DNA of 62,903 bases, filler included, from Asterionella formosa (Eukaryota), in the NCBI GenBank assembly GCA_002256025.1. It is 18 parts of 18 records of this genome, joined end to end, with 100 filler letters (N's around TTAATTAATTAA, not from the genome) between each part and the next. Parts side by side here need not be neighbours in the genome. Positions count along the whole stretch, not along the records: positions 11,770 to 41,362 come from NKIB01000996.1; positions 41,463 to 43,322 come from NKIB01000997.1; positions 43,423 to 45,281 come from NKIB01000998.1; positions 45,382 to 47,240 come from NKIB01001000.1; 14 more parts are not named here. One strand, 5' to 3'. A program made the position numbers and the translations under genes. Positions 34,401-46,403 of the stretch are shown here, in pieces (the stretch's first letter is position 1; each line of letters starts with the position of its first letter). Below the pieces are notes generated by a model. It saw only the letters and a list, made by a program, of their open reading frames with translations. It searched no databases and was not told the DNA's origin.

Positions 34401-36880
34401 ACACGCACTCGTGTTGTCGAAGGTGCCAAGACTGCAACATGGCTAAACAAACAAGGCATGATGGTCACGAAGAGCAAGTTTGCAGCGGAAGGAGGTGGTG
34501 CAGGGGTAAATGTTGACGATCCTGATTTTTGGCAAAAAGTCATGCCGGATTTCGTTACCCCAGAGATAATGCTCAGCAAACTCGATGAATTGTCCGAAGC
34601 TATTGAAGGAGCTACCAAAAAAGGTCCAGGTCGCGGGAGAGGGAGAGGGAGAAAGAAAAAGGAAGAAGGCGAAGAAAAAAAAGATACTGAGGAGCAAATT
34701 GAGAAGTCTACAATCCAAGTCGAAAAGGCTGTTACTTCAACCTCAAGGGGAGGGCACGATGAGGACGACAGCCTTTTGGCATGTGCTAAGGATGACCCTG
34801 AAGAAAACGAGGAAGACGACGAGGAAGACGATGACGACAAGAAAAGGAATCAGCCCCTTTCGAGAACAAACACAAGAAAGGTTCACAAATTCATGTCTGA
34901 TCTCAAGAGTATGATGGACGGTATTATCGAGGAGGCCGATGACGACTCGTTGCCGAACTCCGAGAAGGCTGTTTGCCAGAAATTACTACTCACTATTTCT
35001 GCCAAAGAGTTAATATTTTCCGAAGAGGAGCGCCATCTTGCTCGTGTGTTACTTAAGAGGCTTGAAGGTGACAAACGTCGACGGTGCAGAACATCAACTG
35101 AGGGAGGATCTCGTATTTCGGCGATACGAACGTCACAAGATGTCGAAGACATACCGGGAAGGATCCCAGACGACCTATTGATTCTCAGCAAGCAGCAAAG
35201 GAGAAAACGCAGAAAGGACGCAGGTATCAAGCGAGGCAAGAGGAAAACGATCGAAGGTGAAGTGGACGAGGATGGCTACTTGCGACATACTGACTCTGAG
35301 AACGACTGGTCAGATGTCGGCGAAGATATTTACAAGGGAAAACACAGTGCCATCAGTATAAAAGAAGCCCGTCGTCGTCGAGCATGGGCAGCGGACGACG
35401 ATGCAACAACTGCTGCCGGTCGACCATGGCCCGCCTTTCCCCGTCACCATGTCAGCAAGGTGCTGGAAACTGTGCTGGACGAAATGATCGAATATGATCA
35501 GGCAAAGGGTGGTATGTTTTCTGAACCTGTCCCACGCGACCAGTATCCCGAATATTATGAACAAATCAAGAAACCAATGGATTATGGTACTATGAAAGAA
35601 AAACTCAAGAATGGAGAGTATCGATCAGTCCAGGCTGCACAGAAAGACTTTGTCTTGATAATGCAGAATTGCCTCAAGTTCAACGCGCCAAGTTCCGACG
35701 TTGTGAAGGAAGCTCGCCAACAAGCATTGATGAAGCCTGCAGTTCTCCGTAAGGCGGCAGAGAAACACAAGCTATTCATGGCAGAAGACGGTTCTGTGCT
35801 CGATATTATTGAAGAACCGGAGGAAGAAACCAACGAGGATGGATCTAAGAAGAAACGCCGCCGCAAGAAGAAGGGAGATGAGGATGACGAAGTCGACTCG
35901 ACGAAGGTAAGTTTAATTGTTATTTCCAGCTGCTTTTCACCGAAAATGGAAACTCATTTTTATTTTTCAAGCCTGCTAAGAAAAAGAAATCGAAAGTGAA
36001 GGAAGACAATACTGAGACTGAAAAAGAAGAGGGAAACAAAATGGGCGATAATGATGAAGAAATTGCTATCTCCTCATTTAAAAAGCCTCGCATCAGAATC
36101 AAAATGCCTGAAGTTGATACACAGCCTACGAAGAAACGGAAGAAGAAGGCTACAGAGGAGGAACAGGTCACTGTCGGCGAAAATACCCCGTTACCAAAAA
36201 GCAAGCGTCGGAGGGTGGAAAAGATGCCAGGTAACGAAGAAGAATCCAACACAAAGAAAAAGAAGAAAACAAAAGAAATTGACGACGACAAGGAAGGCCC
36301 CATCAAGTCTAACCTAAATGACGCAAAACTCACTTCGTTGAAAGACTCAATCGACACGCATGTTGATTCTGAGGAGCCTAAAAGCGACGATCCTTACCTG
36401 AATCCTGAAGCGATGAAGAAAGAAAGGCAGTCAATCAGTAAGGGCTTCAAAGCAGCCAAGAAATTTTTCTGCAAACGAGGACCTTGGACGCTTCCCTCCG
36501 AAATTGGGGACAGTCGATTTCCGGATGTCGCCATGATTACTCTTTCTAAGATGGCCAAATATGATAAATTCGATGTGTTCACCGAGGCTGTCACAGAGGA
36601 TGAAGCCCCAGGGTACTACGACATAATAAAGAAGCCAATGGATTTTAGCAAGATGAATACCAAGATTGAACGAGGAAGCTACGGAAGTGGGTCCAAAGCA
36701 ACTGCTGCACTGTATGAAGATTTCCTGCTTGTATTTGAGAACTGTTCCTTTTACAACGATGACGATGGCGAAGTTGTAGAAGAAGCTGCTCGTCTTTTTG
36801 CTCTTTTACCAGAAACGTACGCTTTGGCTTGCTGTACTGTTGCCGGTAAAAGAAAGAACATCAAGTCTCTGAAAATGTAA
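28481..36880 (+). CDS. CHD-family SNF2 chromatin remodeller, 7 exons: AT-hook, chromo, HMG box, bromo, PHD, chromo, PDZ, NUMOD1-like, SNF2_N, helicase C, two further bromodomains
   Basis: GT-AG introns at 29370-29438, 30029-30108, 32633-32729, 32928-32991, 33997-34065 and 35907-35971 join the ORF-track pieces in frame. Splicing restores [31 protein letters not shown] and bromodomain [22 protein letters not shown] and [11 protein letters not shown] are present. Confidence 0.93.
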
Positions 36881-37899
36881 TGACTCTATTACTTGTAGCT
36901 TTCTCAGATAATTTGGGGAGTGCCGAATATAATTTTATAGGATTATTACAATGTCAACTTGAAATAGACTACAGCTATACCCACATGATAAAAGAACGAA
37001 TAGAGTCGTGTTGTCCACAGTGAGTTCGCTCGTTTGGTAAGTTTTCTCTATTACCTTTGGCAGACTACCAACTGGTTACCATGTAGCCATCTGGCAAATG
37101 ATGATAGTGGGGTTCAACTTGACAGCTATTATGATATCAGTAGGCAAGTATTTTATGTCTCCCACTCTTATATTTCCAAGACAGTGCCTGGTAGGATTCA
37201 CTATCACCATTTGTTAAAAACAGAGCATGCGTCCAGATAATAAAAATTGTGGTTCTACTAAGGTCGAATTGAGAGGCAAGCAAATGGTGAACACCCAGCA
37301 CCCCGTTTCCACAAGCCGACCATATGTCTGTTTCATCATTCCCATCATGGTCCCTTTTGAGGTTGCGAAGTGAGCAATCAACATTGTATCACTGTTGTTT
37401 TGGTAACAAACACTCCTTCTCATGCCTATTGGTTGTAGAAGGGTTAAATCAGGAGTAAACATTTGGGAGGGGACACGATTCTATGAAACACCATGCTGAA
37501 GGCAATACACGCTCAAGGTGGTCTCATGCCTGCAAGTATACATGTGTTCGAGGCTGGATGGCACAAGAAGAAAGACATAATGAACATTTCTCTATGCCGA
37601 GCAAAAATGGACACAGTCATTTCAATTTGGTGCATACTGCCAAAGGCGAAATCTCCTCTATATGCATTTTACTCATTCCCTGTGCAATTCATGAATTTTT
37701 CGGTATATGTTGTATATGACAAGGAAGAGACATTGTAACATGTTGATTTACATGTGAGAGATAACAAATGAATGATATATACATTAAATTTTAGAATTTT
37801 ACATTGACAGTGAGGATTTCTATGAACCAATAGCTAGAAGAGGCTTGGTGCAGCATCGACATCATATATATTTGTACTTTTCATAAAACAAAGCTTTCT

Positions 37900-38600
37900 G
37901 TAAGACAGTCAGATTCAACTGAGTTTGAAATGAGGAAAGTCTTCAATTGCCACTCGTTGATGCATTTATCTGTCTCCTGTATCAAATTCCTGAATATCTC
38001 CACTCACTTTTCTCAAACAAATTTTTTCAACATTATTGGGAAGATCAAAAGATTCAGGTGCTGGGGCATTGTCATCATCAAAAGCAAAAAATCCAGTGTA
38101 AGGGCAACTTCATGGCATCATAAATTGTGCTGGTACACTTTGACAAGAAGTTTGAGGAGCTCAGAAGGCATCTCTTCATCTTCTACTGACTCATCAGATA
38201 TATCATCGCCTTCACTATAGTAAAATAAGTCTGGATCACTTTCAGAAATGATCTGGAAGTGATTTTCAAGAGCATACAGCTCAGTTGTTTCAGCATCATC
38301 CAAAGTCCTGGGAGCTGTGACCACAAAGGCCATCACATTTGTACCTCTGATTTTCTTCACCTACCTCTGCAGAATCGTCATCCATTCAAGTTGATGACCC
38401 TTCATGATAGTCACATGATGACTTTGGACCCACAGTGATGGTGAATGTAATTGGAAAGGCATGAGAGATTGGCACCTTTGCCCATTGTCAATTTTCATAT
38501 TCGTGTTATGTTCCTGCACAGATATTTTGAGATGATTTTGGCAGGCAGACTTCTCATCTATCTGAAATTTTTTCAAACCTAGAAATTTATTGCCATGCAT
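37900..38600 (-). pseudogene. Heavily decayed transposase-like N-terminus (possibly piggyBac-like)
   Basis: Fragments KGHQLEWMTILQR*VKKIRG, ELYALENHFQIISESDPDLFY, FDDDNAPAPE and EWRYSGI*YRR recall N-termini of algal piggyBac-like transposases. This is recognition from memory; no catalytic core or paired TIRs were seen. Confidence 0.35.
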
Positions 38601-38784
38601 TCCTCCAGTTACCTTCAGCTTTGTAAAGAAATGATTTATCCAATGAGCGATGAAGGGGCATCAAGTGATTGAAAATCTCGACTGAATCCAGTCTTTTATT
38701 AGACTGAATTCAGCCTAGCCGGAAAGAATCCGTCATGATTCGATCATAATTTAGGCCAAGCAGCTCGTTTCCAAGGAGACCTGA

Positions 38785-39981
38785 ATGGTACTAATTCAAA
38801 GGAGCAGATCGCGATCCTCGCTGATAACGAATGCCAAAATTGTCGTAGTATGTTTCTTGATACTCCTATGGTGGCTTCGGAGAAGTATTCAACATGTCGA
38901 GATTTCAAGGCAAGATGCAGCCTATAGGAACAAGAAACATTCTAGCCTTAGTCAGCTCCCACGCAATGAGAACGATGGTTTCTGTCGTGAATCTATTGAA
39001 AGCGCAGAGTTCATCTTAAACCAAAAAGAAAACTCATTTTGGAATGTTCATATGATTCAATTAGTTGGGAGGTACACCGGAAAGAAAGCATTTTTAACTG
39101 AAACCATGGAGCAGGACTACCTTCACAACAAACAAATGTTACGACCGCATCAAATCGAATCAACACCTATCAGAGAACCAGTTGAAGATCTACCAAACGG
39201 AATGAGTCCGGCCTTTTGGAAAATTGATGCAATCAAGTACCATTGCACTTCCTTCAACTATGATTTGGTATTATTCTTGGATGGAGATGCACTTATCATG
39301 GATCCATATTCTCGCGTTGAATTTCTCTGGGAATATCACACTGAGCTAGCTAGAAAAGATTATGGCATTGGTTTTATCGACATGTTATTCAATGGTGATC
39401 GCAATGAATTAAACTCTGGGGTATTTATTGTGAACTGTACATCGAAGACGGCAATAAAAACGTTGGAAATTTGGAAGGATGTATCCCTTTTTCTGGCAAG
39501 AAACACGACAAAGGTAGTTCACCAAGATTGGTACGAACAAAATGCACTCCATCTCATGATGAGAACTCGTACGTGGACCAACCATGGTACACTACGATGG
39601 AATGATATCTTAAGTAACTATACCGACGACCCAGTGACGTATTCAACAAAGTCACTACGGCAACGAATTCGGATGACAACTCAATGTGCACTTAACACCT
39701 ACGTGTGGGAGAGATTTGGAGAAAGAAACCATTCAGAGCGCTTTGTTTACAAACCGGGACACTATATTCTTCACATGGCCGGTGTTCCTGCTAGACAGAA
39801 ACACGCGTTGTTGGCGATTTACCGGAATTCGACCAAACCATCCACCAAATCATTGACGTTGCGAGAGGCAGCTCGACTATACCTGAAATTCCACTCGTTT
39901 AGAATCGACAGAACTTTAGCTTATGAGGATTGGAAGATTGTGCTCGACTGGAACCACGTATGGCCTGAAGCTCGCCATTGA
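38785..39981 (+). CDS. Type II membrane glycosyltransferase, GT34 (GMA12/MNN10)-like
   Basis: N-terminal TM (IVVVCFLILLWWL), FWKIDAI, DxD motif LFLDGDALI, LNSGVFIV, WYEQNAL and YKPGHYILHMAG. Confidence 0.85.
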   Translation: MVLIQRSRSRSSLITNAKIVVVCFLILLWWLRRSIQHVEISRQDAAYRNKKHSSLSQLPRNENDGFCRESIESAEFILNQKENSFWNVHMIQLVGRYTGKKAFLTETMEQDYLHNKQMLRPHQIESTPIREPVEDLPNGMSPAFWKIDAIKYHCTSFNYDLVLFLDGDALIMDPYSRVEFLWEYHTELARKDYGIGFIDMLFNGDRNELNSGVFIVNCTSKTAIKTLEIWKDVSLFLARNTTKVVHQDWYEQNALHLMMRTRTWTNHGTLRWNDILSNYTDDPVTYSTKSLRQRIRMTTQCALNTYVWERFGERNHSERFVYKPGHYILHMAGVPARQKHALLAIYRNSTKPSTKSLTLREAARLYLKFHSFRIDRTLAYEDWKIVLDWNHVWPEARH

Positions 39982-40194
39982 GTTATCGAAAGCGAATTTG
40001 TTGTACGTGTCAACATCCTGAGAATGTGAATGGCTGAAAATAATTCAATGGAAACGTCATTTCGCAGCAGCCCTATCAAACTGTACACCCAAGATTACAT
40101 CAGGACAACGTTACCGTGGGGCAGTAACGAACACGAGGAATGTAAATATCTAAAACTTCCATCAAATCGTTGTCTACATAAATACATACATTCA

Positions 40195-40971
40195 TCAACT
40201 ATTATTGGTCTGCTCATCAGGCTTTTTGCCCGCTCTCGCATGCGCCACCTTGAGATATTGTGCGTGAATCAAATCCAGAAATCTCTCGTCTTGAATCAAG
40301 GACAACAAAGAAAGCTGCAACGATTTTTTGTCCAATACGAGCTGCTGAGGTGGTGTCCCTTGCTCACGCGCAGTCTGTGCTGGCGTTGCCCCCGTCACAT
40401 CTACTGTAAGTGGACTATAGGAAGGCCCCTTGCTCACCTGAATTGTGTGATTTCCTAGCGTCAGCGGAGACAAGAGTACAGTTGCTGCTGTTCGTGCGTC
40501 CATATCTGGGGCTGGCTCTGCAACGGGAATAATTAGGGCAGGTAACGGCACGGGCTGAACAGCAAGAGATTGGACTGCTCTGGTCAGAAGTGCTGCCATG
40601 GCACCTCTCTCAGATGCACTGTGAAACCAAATTCCTTGAATGATCATTTGATCTGCAATTTTCTGTCGAAAGATTAGAAAAGGGTCGTTGTTTTGCAGCT
40701 GAAACTCTGGCATGACATTGACTTCGAAATTCTGGGTCGAGTTTCGGTTCAAAATAACCAATTTGAATCGAGGATGGTCCGAGCGTTTCACCAGAAAGAG
40801 AGAGCCTTCGACTTGCTTCTTTTCCCACTGCTGTGATGACTGATCGAACTCGTATAGTCCAACGTGAGTAGCTGAGCCGATAATGTCTGCAATAGCAGAA
40901 TCGCCTCGTTGCAAGGTGCGGAAATTCGCCTGTTTTCTGGCGTCGTCAGGTACTGAGTTGGTCGTCATCAT
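40195..40971 (-). CDS. DCP1: mRNA-decapping enzyme subunit 1
   Basis: EVH1-like domain (ANFRTLQR, ATHVGLYEFD..WEKKQVEGSLFLVKR, ILNRNS, GIWF) and C-terminal trimerisation helix LDKKSLQLSLLSLIQDERFLDLIHAQYL. Confidence 0.93.
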   Translation of the reverse strand: MMTTNSVPDDARKQANFRTLQRGDSAIADIIGSATHVGLYEFDQSSQQWEKKQVEGSLFLVKRSDHPRFKLVILNRNSTQNFEVNVMPEFQLQNNDPFLIFRQKIADQMIIQGIWFHSASERGAMAALLTRAVQSLAVQPVPLPALIIPVAEPAPDMDARTAATVLLSPLTLGNHTIQVSKGPSYSPLTVDVTGATPAQTAREQGTPPQQLVLDKKSLQLSLLSLIQDERFLDLIHAQYLKVAHARAGKKPDEQTNNS

Positions 40972-42891
40972 TGGATGAGCGTTTATGCTGGAATGCAAGA
41001 GAAGATGCGGTGTAAATGAATTTGAGTCGAAGCAATGCTCAGAGGAAGTTCAGGATGTGAAACAGTGCAGCAAGATAAATATTTTACATCACATGATGTT
41101 CATCCTATTCTGCGCTAAAATAGCGTCCTCCTGAATATACATAAAAGTGTGCAACCGTACGTGGTACCGGGTTCCTGATGGTGCCTAATGGTAATAAATA
41201 CCGTGTACGGGATGGTGCATTATTGGTGATACAACTGTTAATATCTGCATATGATGCTCCATACATGCGCCGTACGAACCATACCGGCGCAGCCACCAGA
41301 TTAGGTACATGCGTGAGTGCTGACAACGATGTACTTGGAACAGCAATAGAATAGTCATAATANNNNNNNNNNNNNNNNNNNNNNNNNNNNNNNNNNNNNN
41401 NNNNNNTTAATTAATTAANNNNNNNNNNNNNNNNNNNNNNNNNNNNNNNNNNNNNNNNNNNNTCGTCATTGAGTCCTGGCCTTTTTTCGTGACAGTTATT
41501 ACCAATTGTTCCATGGGCTTGTTGGATACTTGAAATTGCTTGTCAGTGACAAAAGAAAAAATAGAAAGGAAGGAGAATAACAAGAACGAAACAACAAGTC
41601 AAGGCACAGAAATAAATCCTTGCCTGTCAGCATAAATCCAAAGCGCACATCCAAATATGACGCAACAATTTATCAGACTTGCCAAAAGCTCGCCAAGGTG
41701 AATGATGTCTACAAGTTTCAATAAAATTACAAGGATAGGAGAAAGATACCTACAGGTTTCAACAATAATTACAAGAAGAATACCATCCATTGACAGATTG
41801 GACAGGAAGAAGGCAAATCAAGATTGGAAGTAATTTGAGGTTAGACAATTGATTAGAGTGTCTTGGAAGTGAGGGTTAATTGATTTTCGTGTCAACACGA
41901 ATGCCTTGAAATGATCAAGGATACATGCATGAATTTCTGATGTTATAGGAAACATGAGTTCTTCATTATTGTTGGTTGGAACAGGAACATGTCTCCATGC
42001 AAATCTATACTCTGAACTTGAGTATGCTCAACATATTTGATCTACCACTATACTTTCTGTTCATGAACATCTTCAGAGAAAAGAATAGGAAGCAGGGTGA
42101 ATCTATCTCAAATTTATTTCATTTTGGTCTTCATTATTTGCCATACATACTTTGATATACTTGTTGCAAAGTGCACAAAGGTAGACTCAAGCGTTGTGCT
42201 GCTCCACCACACAGGATTCGCAATAGAGCTACATCATTGAACTTAGTAGCTAGCTACTCTTTCCACTTAATTCTGTATGTTATTAATTATATTTTAACAT
42301 TAATTATCTTCCCTAGTTTTGAGGTTTATCATACATGTCCGGGTCCATTCCTTCATTTGAGACCAAACGTCCTGTTTATTTCGCCCTTAATAGCAAGTTG
42401 TTTGCTGGTGCTTGTCGCAATACCAATGTTAATATCGCTCAAAACTCAATGGGAATGAGTGCCCTCGTGGATCCATTGACGCATTCTATTAGTCCAAGCG
42501 TCTACAATGCTCGAACCAGCGATGGATCCGTGAGATCACAGCAAGGAACAAAGAAAAGCGACGGTTGGTAATAACCATTGTCATGGCAAAATAACAAGCA
42601 TTTTTGCACCATAAATATTTTAATAGAAAATTTAGGGTTATCGTTTATCCTAGGTCTACATGAGCCTACCCGATGTCCTCAAAATTTGCATCTAGCCATA
42701 CACCGTAAAACCCGGTGTCCTGTACTCCTCAATTTACACAGCCACGATTGATTTTATTTAGAGGGGGTACAAGACACCGTCCTTTTTGATCGCCAAACAT
42801 TATGAATAAACCAACTTCACCGCTGTTTTCTCCATAGTCTAAAACATTAATAAAATCTTAAAAGAGAAACTGTTGTAGGTTCAATAGGTTT

Positions 42892-43260
42892 CTACATCTA
42901 AGCCGCGTATTACGTGAAGTGACCATCACATAAATAAGCCTAGTTGATTTTGAATGCATCACATGAATTAGTTGAATACATCAAAATACGTAGTTGAATA
43001 TATCTATATATTATCTGAATACATCACGTTAAATATTTGATCAAAGTATCATGCATGCATTCCTGATCATCACTATATTATGTGATCACGTTCACATAAT
43101 TATTTGAAATACTTCACATAATTATTTGAAATACTTCACATAATTATTTGAAATACTTCACATAATTATTTGAAATACTTCACATAATTATTTGAAAATA
43201 CTTCACATAACTATTTGAAATACTTCACGTAATTCTGTAATTTCGTTCACATAATTCTAG
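42892..43260 (+). repeat. Dispersed repeat copy 2 with a 22-bp tandem array
   Basis: Same CTACATCTAAGCCGCG start as 8317 but a different left flank. Six array units lie at 43090-43222, followed by degenerate units. Confidence 0.85.
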
Positions 43261-44752
43261 AATAAAGTTCACTTAATATGTAACATTTGTTTACGTAATT
43301 TTCTGGAGTTCATTCAACTAAANNNNNNNNNNNNNNNNNNNNNNNNNNNNNNNNNNNNNNNNNNNNTTAATTAATTAANNNNNNNNNNNNNNNNNNNNNN
43401 NNNNNNNNNNNNNNNNNNNNNNAATGAATATTTTAATCCATTTCTTCACTTTCTTCTATAGTCAAAAATTAAAATTAGGGGTTTTCAATGACCCCCCTAA
43501 TTTTGATGACCAAACCTAGGATGTTGGTGGTATGGTACCAGGTACCAGGGTGCCAGTAGCATGATGATGACTTGCACCACCCAAGCCGGTTTGTTGCAAC
43601 AAACAGAAAGCCATGGTTGTTCTTGGTAATGAAAGCAATACAACTAATAGTACTGTTGCGAATCAAGGAGCAGTAGATGCTTTTATTATTAACACAAAAG
43701 TCTATATTTTTAATTTAATTTCCATGAATATACATTGTGGAGAGTTTGTCCTCCTGAAGAATGGTGACATTGGAAGATTGTTGGATGTGGACACCTCATG
43801 GGACAGATACATTTTCTTTTCCAAGTGTCTCCTTCCACTAGTACAGCAATACCAAATGGTTCTAGTCTCTGAACATGTTGCTGGTTCCAAGATCATCACA
43901 ATAAACCAAGACACCATTGCCAAAATTTGCTTCCTCGTTCATGTCTTCTAAATAATTTCACATCATTGCATTTCTCCAAATGGAATTGTTAACAACACCC
44001 ACTTCAGGAAGTTTATGAAAGAATATGGATAGTTAAAGAACATCCCAGCAATGACAATCAACAACTACAATAACTCGGAAGATTACGACAACTTTGACAC
44101 CAGTCTCAATGATGGACTAACCTTCTCCTCGCTCCACCATTTTTTTTGACAAGAGTCGCTCAGGGAGGCATCCACCAAAGCTCAATCCTCCGAACTGATT
44201 TTTCTCTATCCGAGCTCTACAATTAGATTGGATGGATTAGTACTAGGCAAGAAGGCACGTTGGGATCACATACTTTGACGCACGATTTGCGTTTTTTGTT
44301 GCGGCTGCTGGGCTGATTGATGATGATGGTGCGATGCTATGGTGTTACTCGCCCATATAAGCGATCACAAAAACAACAGGTATCTACCCAACTATCAGTT
44401 CATGTGGTATACTCCTACAATCAACTACTACCGTATACTTCATTGTCCTGGAACCCCCCCTAAGGTTGCTGGACCACCCTGTGCTTTTTTTTCTCGAGAT
44501 GGAACCAAACACCCAGCAATCATCTTGTCATAGACAATGTATCGTGCTATAATTCTTTTTGTCCTCGTAGGCACTAGTATATAATTAATTAGCTGTCATG
44601 TAGCGATTCATTTGTACATACAAAACACAAGAGAAGACAGCAGCTTGAAAATCCTTCATCTTGTTATTGCAACCTTGACCATGACGAAAATGCGAATTAT
44701 CTCCACGAAAATTGAAAACAATGAACAGATGCACCATGCTAACCCTGCTTTG

Positions 44753-45090
44753 GGTGTACAATCGTACGCCAAGCAGTAGGGTGCTGGCGCGCAAAACGAT
44801 GGTTTGAGCAGCTGTGTACAAACGTATGTCACTCTATGTAATTTATGTCGTAGGGCACTTGGTCTTTATATTGAGAAGCCTCGAAACGCTTTGAGTACCG
44901 GGTATACAATCGAAAGCCATGTAGTATAATGCTGGCTCGAAAGACAAAATTGTATTCAATATAGATATAAATATATGTACATTGTGTACTTAGGTATGAT
45001 ACAAACAGAAGTGCGATGAGAACACACGATACGGTATACAATCGTACGCCACTCAGTAGAATGCTGGCTCGCAATACGAGGTTGTACGCA
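44753..45090. repeat. Three degenerate ~55-bp direct repeats separated by unique spacers
   Basis: GGTRTACAATCGWAMGCCA..YAGTA...TGCTGGC.CG starts at 44753, 44901 and 45033 (periods 148 and 132 bp). Confidence 0.75.
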
Positions 45091-45686
45091 CCATACCAGG
45101 GCCTGTAGGTAGAAGTCCACGATAAAAATGAAGGTCAGTCGTCACAACATTGCTGACCCTTGTTTATTCATTGACAGAAGGTTCTCCCCTTCTCTCCTCT
45201 CCTTTCCTCTCACTTCCATTGTCTTGTACTCCCAACCAGGTACCCACCACAATCAGGTAGAAAACAATGAAGGTTTGGTTCNNNNNNNNNNNNNNNNNNN
45301 NNNNNNNNNNNNNNNNNNNNNNNNNTTAATTAATTAANNNNNNNNNNNNNNNNNNNNNNNNNNNNNNNNNNNNNNNNNNNNCTGAGTAGCTGACAACAAT
45401 TGAATTCGTAAATTCGTTCAGAAACAGCTGTTGCATATTTCAACCTTGCATGTCGCCGTAGTGAGTCAAAATTGAGATGTGCCGCAATGACCGTCTTCTT
45501 TTCGGAGCGGCTACAAATAGTCTACAGCAATAAGTCGAGCAAGTACAATATAGAAAAAGAAGGAAAGAATGAGTTGCTGTCAACAATTGAATTAGTAAAT
45601 CAGTAATATTAGTAATAATTTTGGTTCCTAGTAGTTCATTTGCCCTTTGACAATAGTCAATTCGTCAAAATTGAAATTCATTTTCA

Positions 45687-46337
45687 CTAAACTGGAGTGA
45701 AGTTCAATTGTCTTGCAACTTCTTTCATTGACCGTTTGAAATACTCATATTCACTCCTAGTTTCATTTGCCACCTTGATTCTTTCATCTGTCGTCTCCAC
45801 TGATTCTTCGTCTAATTTGCTTTTCTTGAACCTGTAAAAGTCCCTGTGCAACTTTGCGTAGATCTTCTTCTTAGCCACTTTGTATTTCTTCTCGCCCTTT
45901 GCTGCAACCTCCTCGAACTTTTTAATGTAGCTCTCGTCATTCATCATCCCTTCTTTAATTTCATCTCCAAAAAGGTCTGGGGGTGCAATGTTCTGATCAA
46001 TACAAGCCCTATAAATTTCACTCTTTTTCTTCATCCGAAGCTCCACATACATCTTTTTCTTCATCTCTTGGAAGTACCAATCTGTGGCACCCTTGACTTG
46101 GTCTGGGGGAAAGTGAATAATCACGTTCAAACTCTTTGTACTCTTTGAACTCTTAGCACTCTTAGTACTACCAGTTGTTATCCTTGAAGTTCTTCCTGAA
46201 ATAACTTGTGGAGTCAATCCACTGATGGAAGATGCCGGAGTTGTGCTTACTGGAAGAGAAATGGCCACTAGATCATTCCGAACTCTAATGGCAGGCACAC
46301 TGTTGTTCCCTGGCGTAACTTCAATGAAAATTTCCAT
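45687..46337 (-). CDS. Hypothetical Lys/Glu-rich protein (216 aa)
   Basis: Intact ATG-to-stop ORF with an S/T-rich N-half and a charged helical C-half. No family recognised. Confidence 0.55.
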   Translation of the reverse strand: MEIFIEVTPGNNSVPAIRVRNDLVAISLPVSTTPASSISGLTPQVISGRTSRITTGSTKSAKSSKSTKSLNVIIHFPPDQVKGATDWYFQEMKKKMYVELRMKKKSEIYRACIDQNIAPPDLFGDEIKEGMMNDESYIKKFEEVAAKGEKKYKVAKKKIYAKLHRDFYRFKKSKLDEESVETTDERIKVANETRSEYEYFKRSMKEVARQLNFTPV

Positions 46338-46403
46338 CAGTTAGTCAATATTTTCAATGAACATCATTTCAACAATTCCACTTTGTTCACTTCCCCGAAG
46401 TGA

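Noticed and set aside
28540..36594. Numerous Ser/Phe-rich antisense and alternate-frame ORFs over the CHD gene (likewise over the DENN, HEAT and copia regions)
   Set aside because: They are shadows of Glu/Asp/Lys-rich sense codons with no independent motifs.
42632..42640. TTAGGG as telomeric repeat
   Set aside because: Only isolated single copies occur, with no tandem array.
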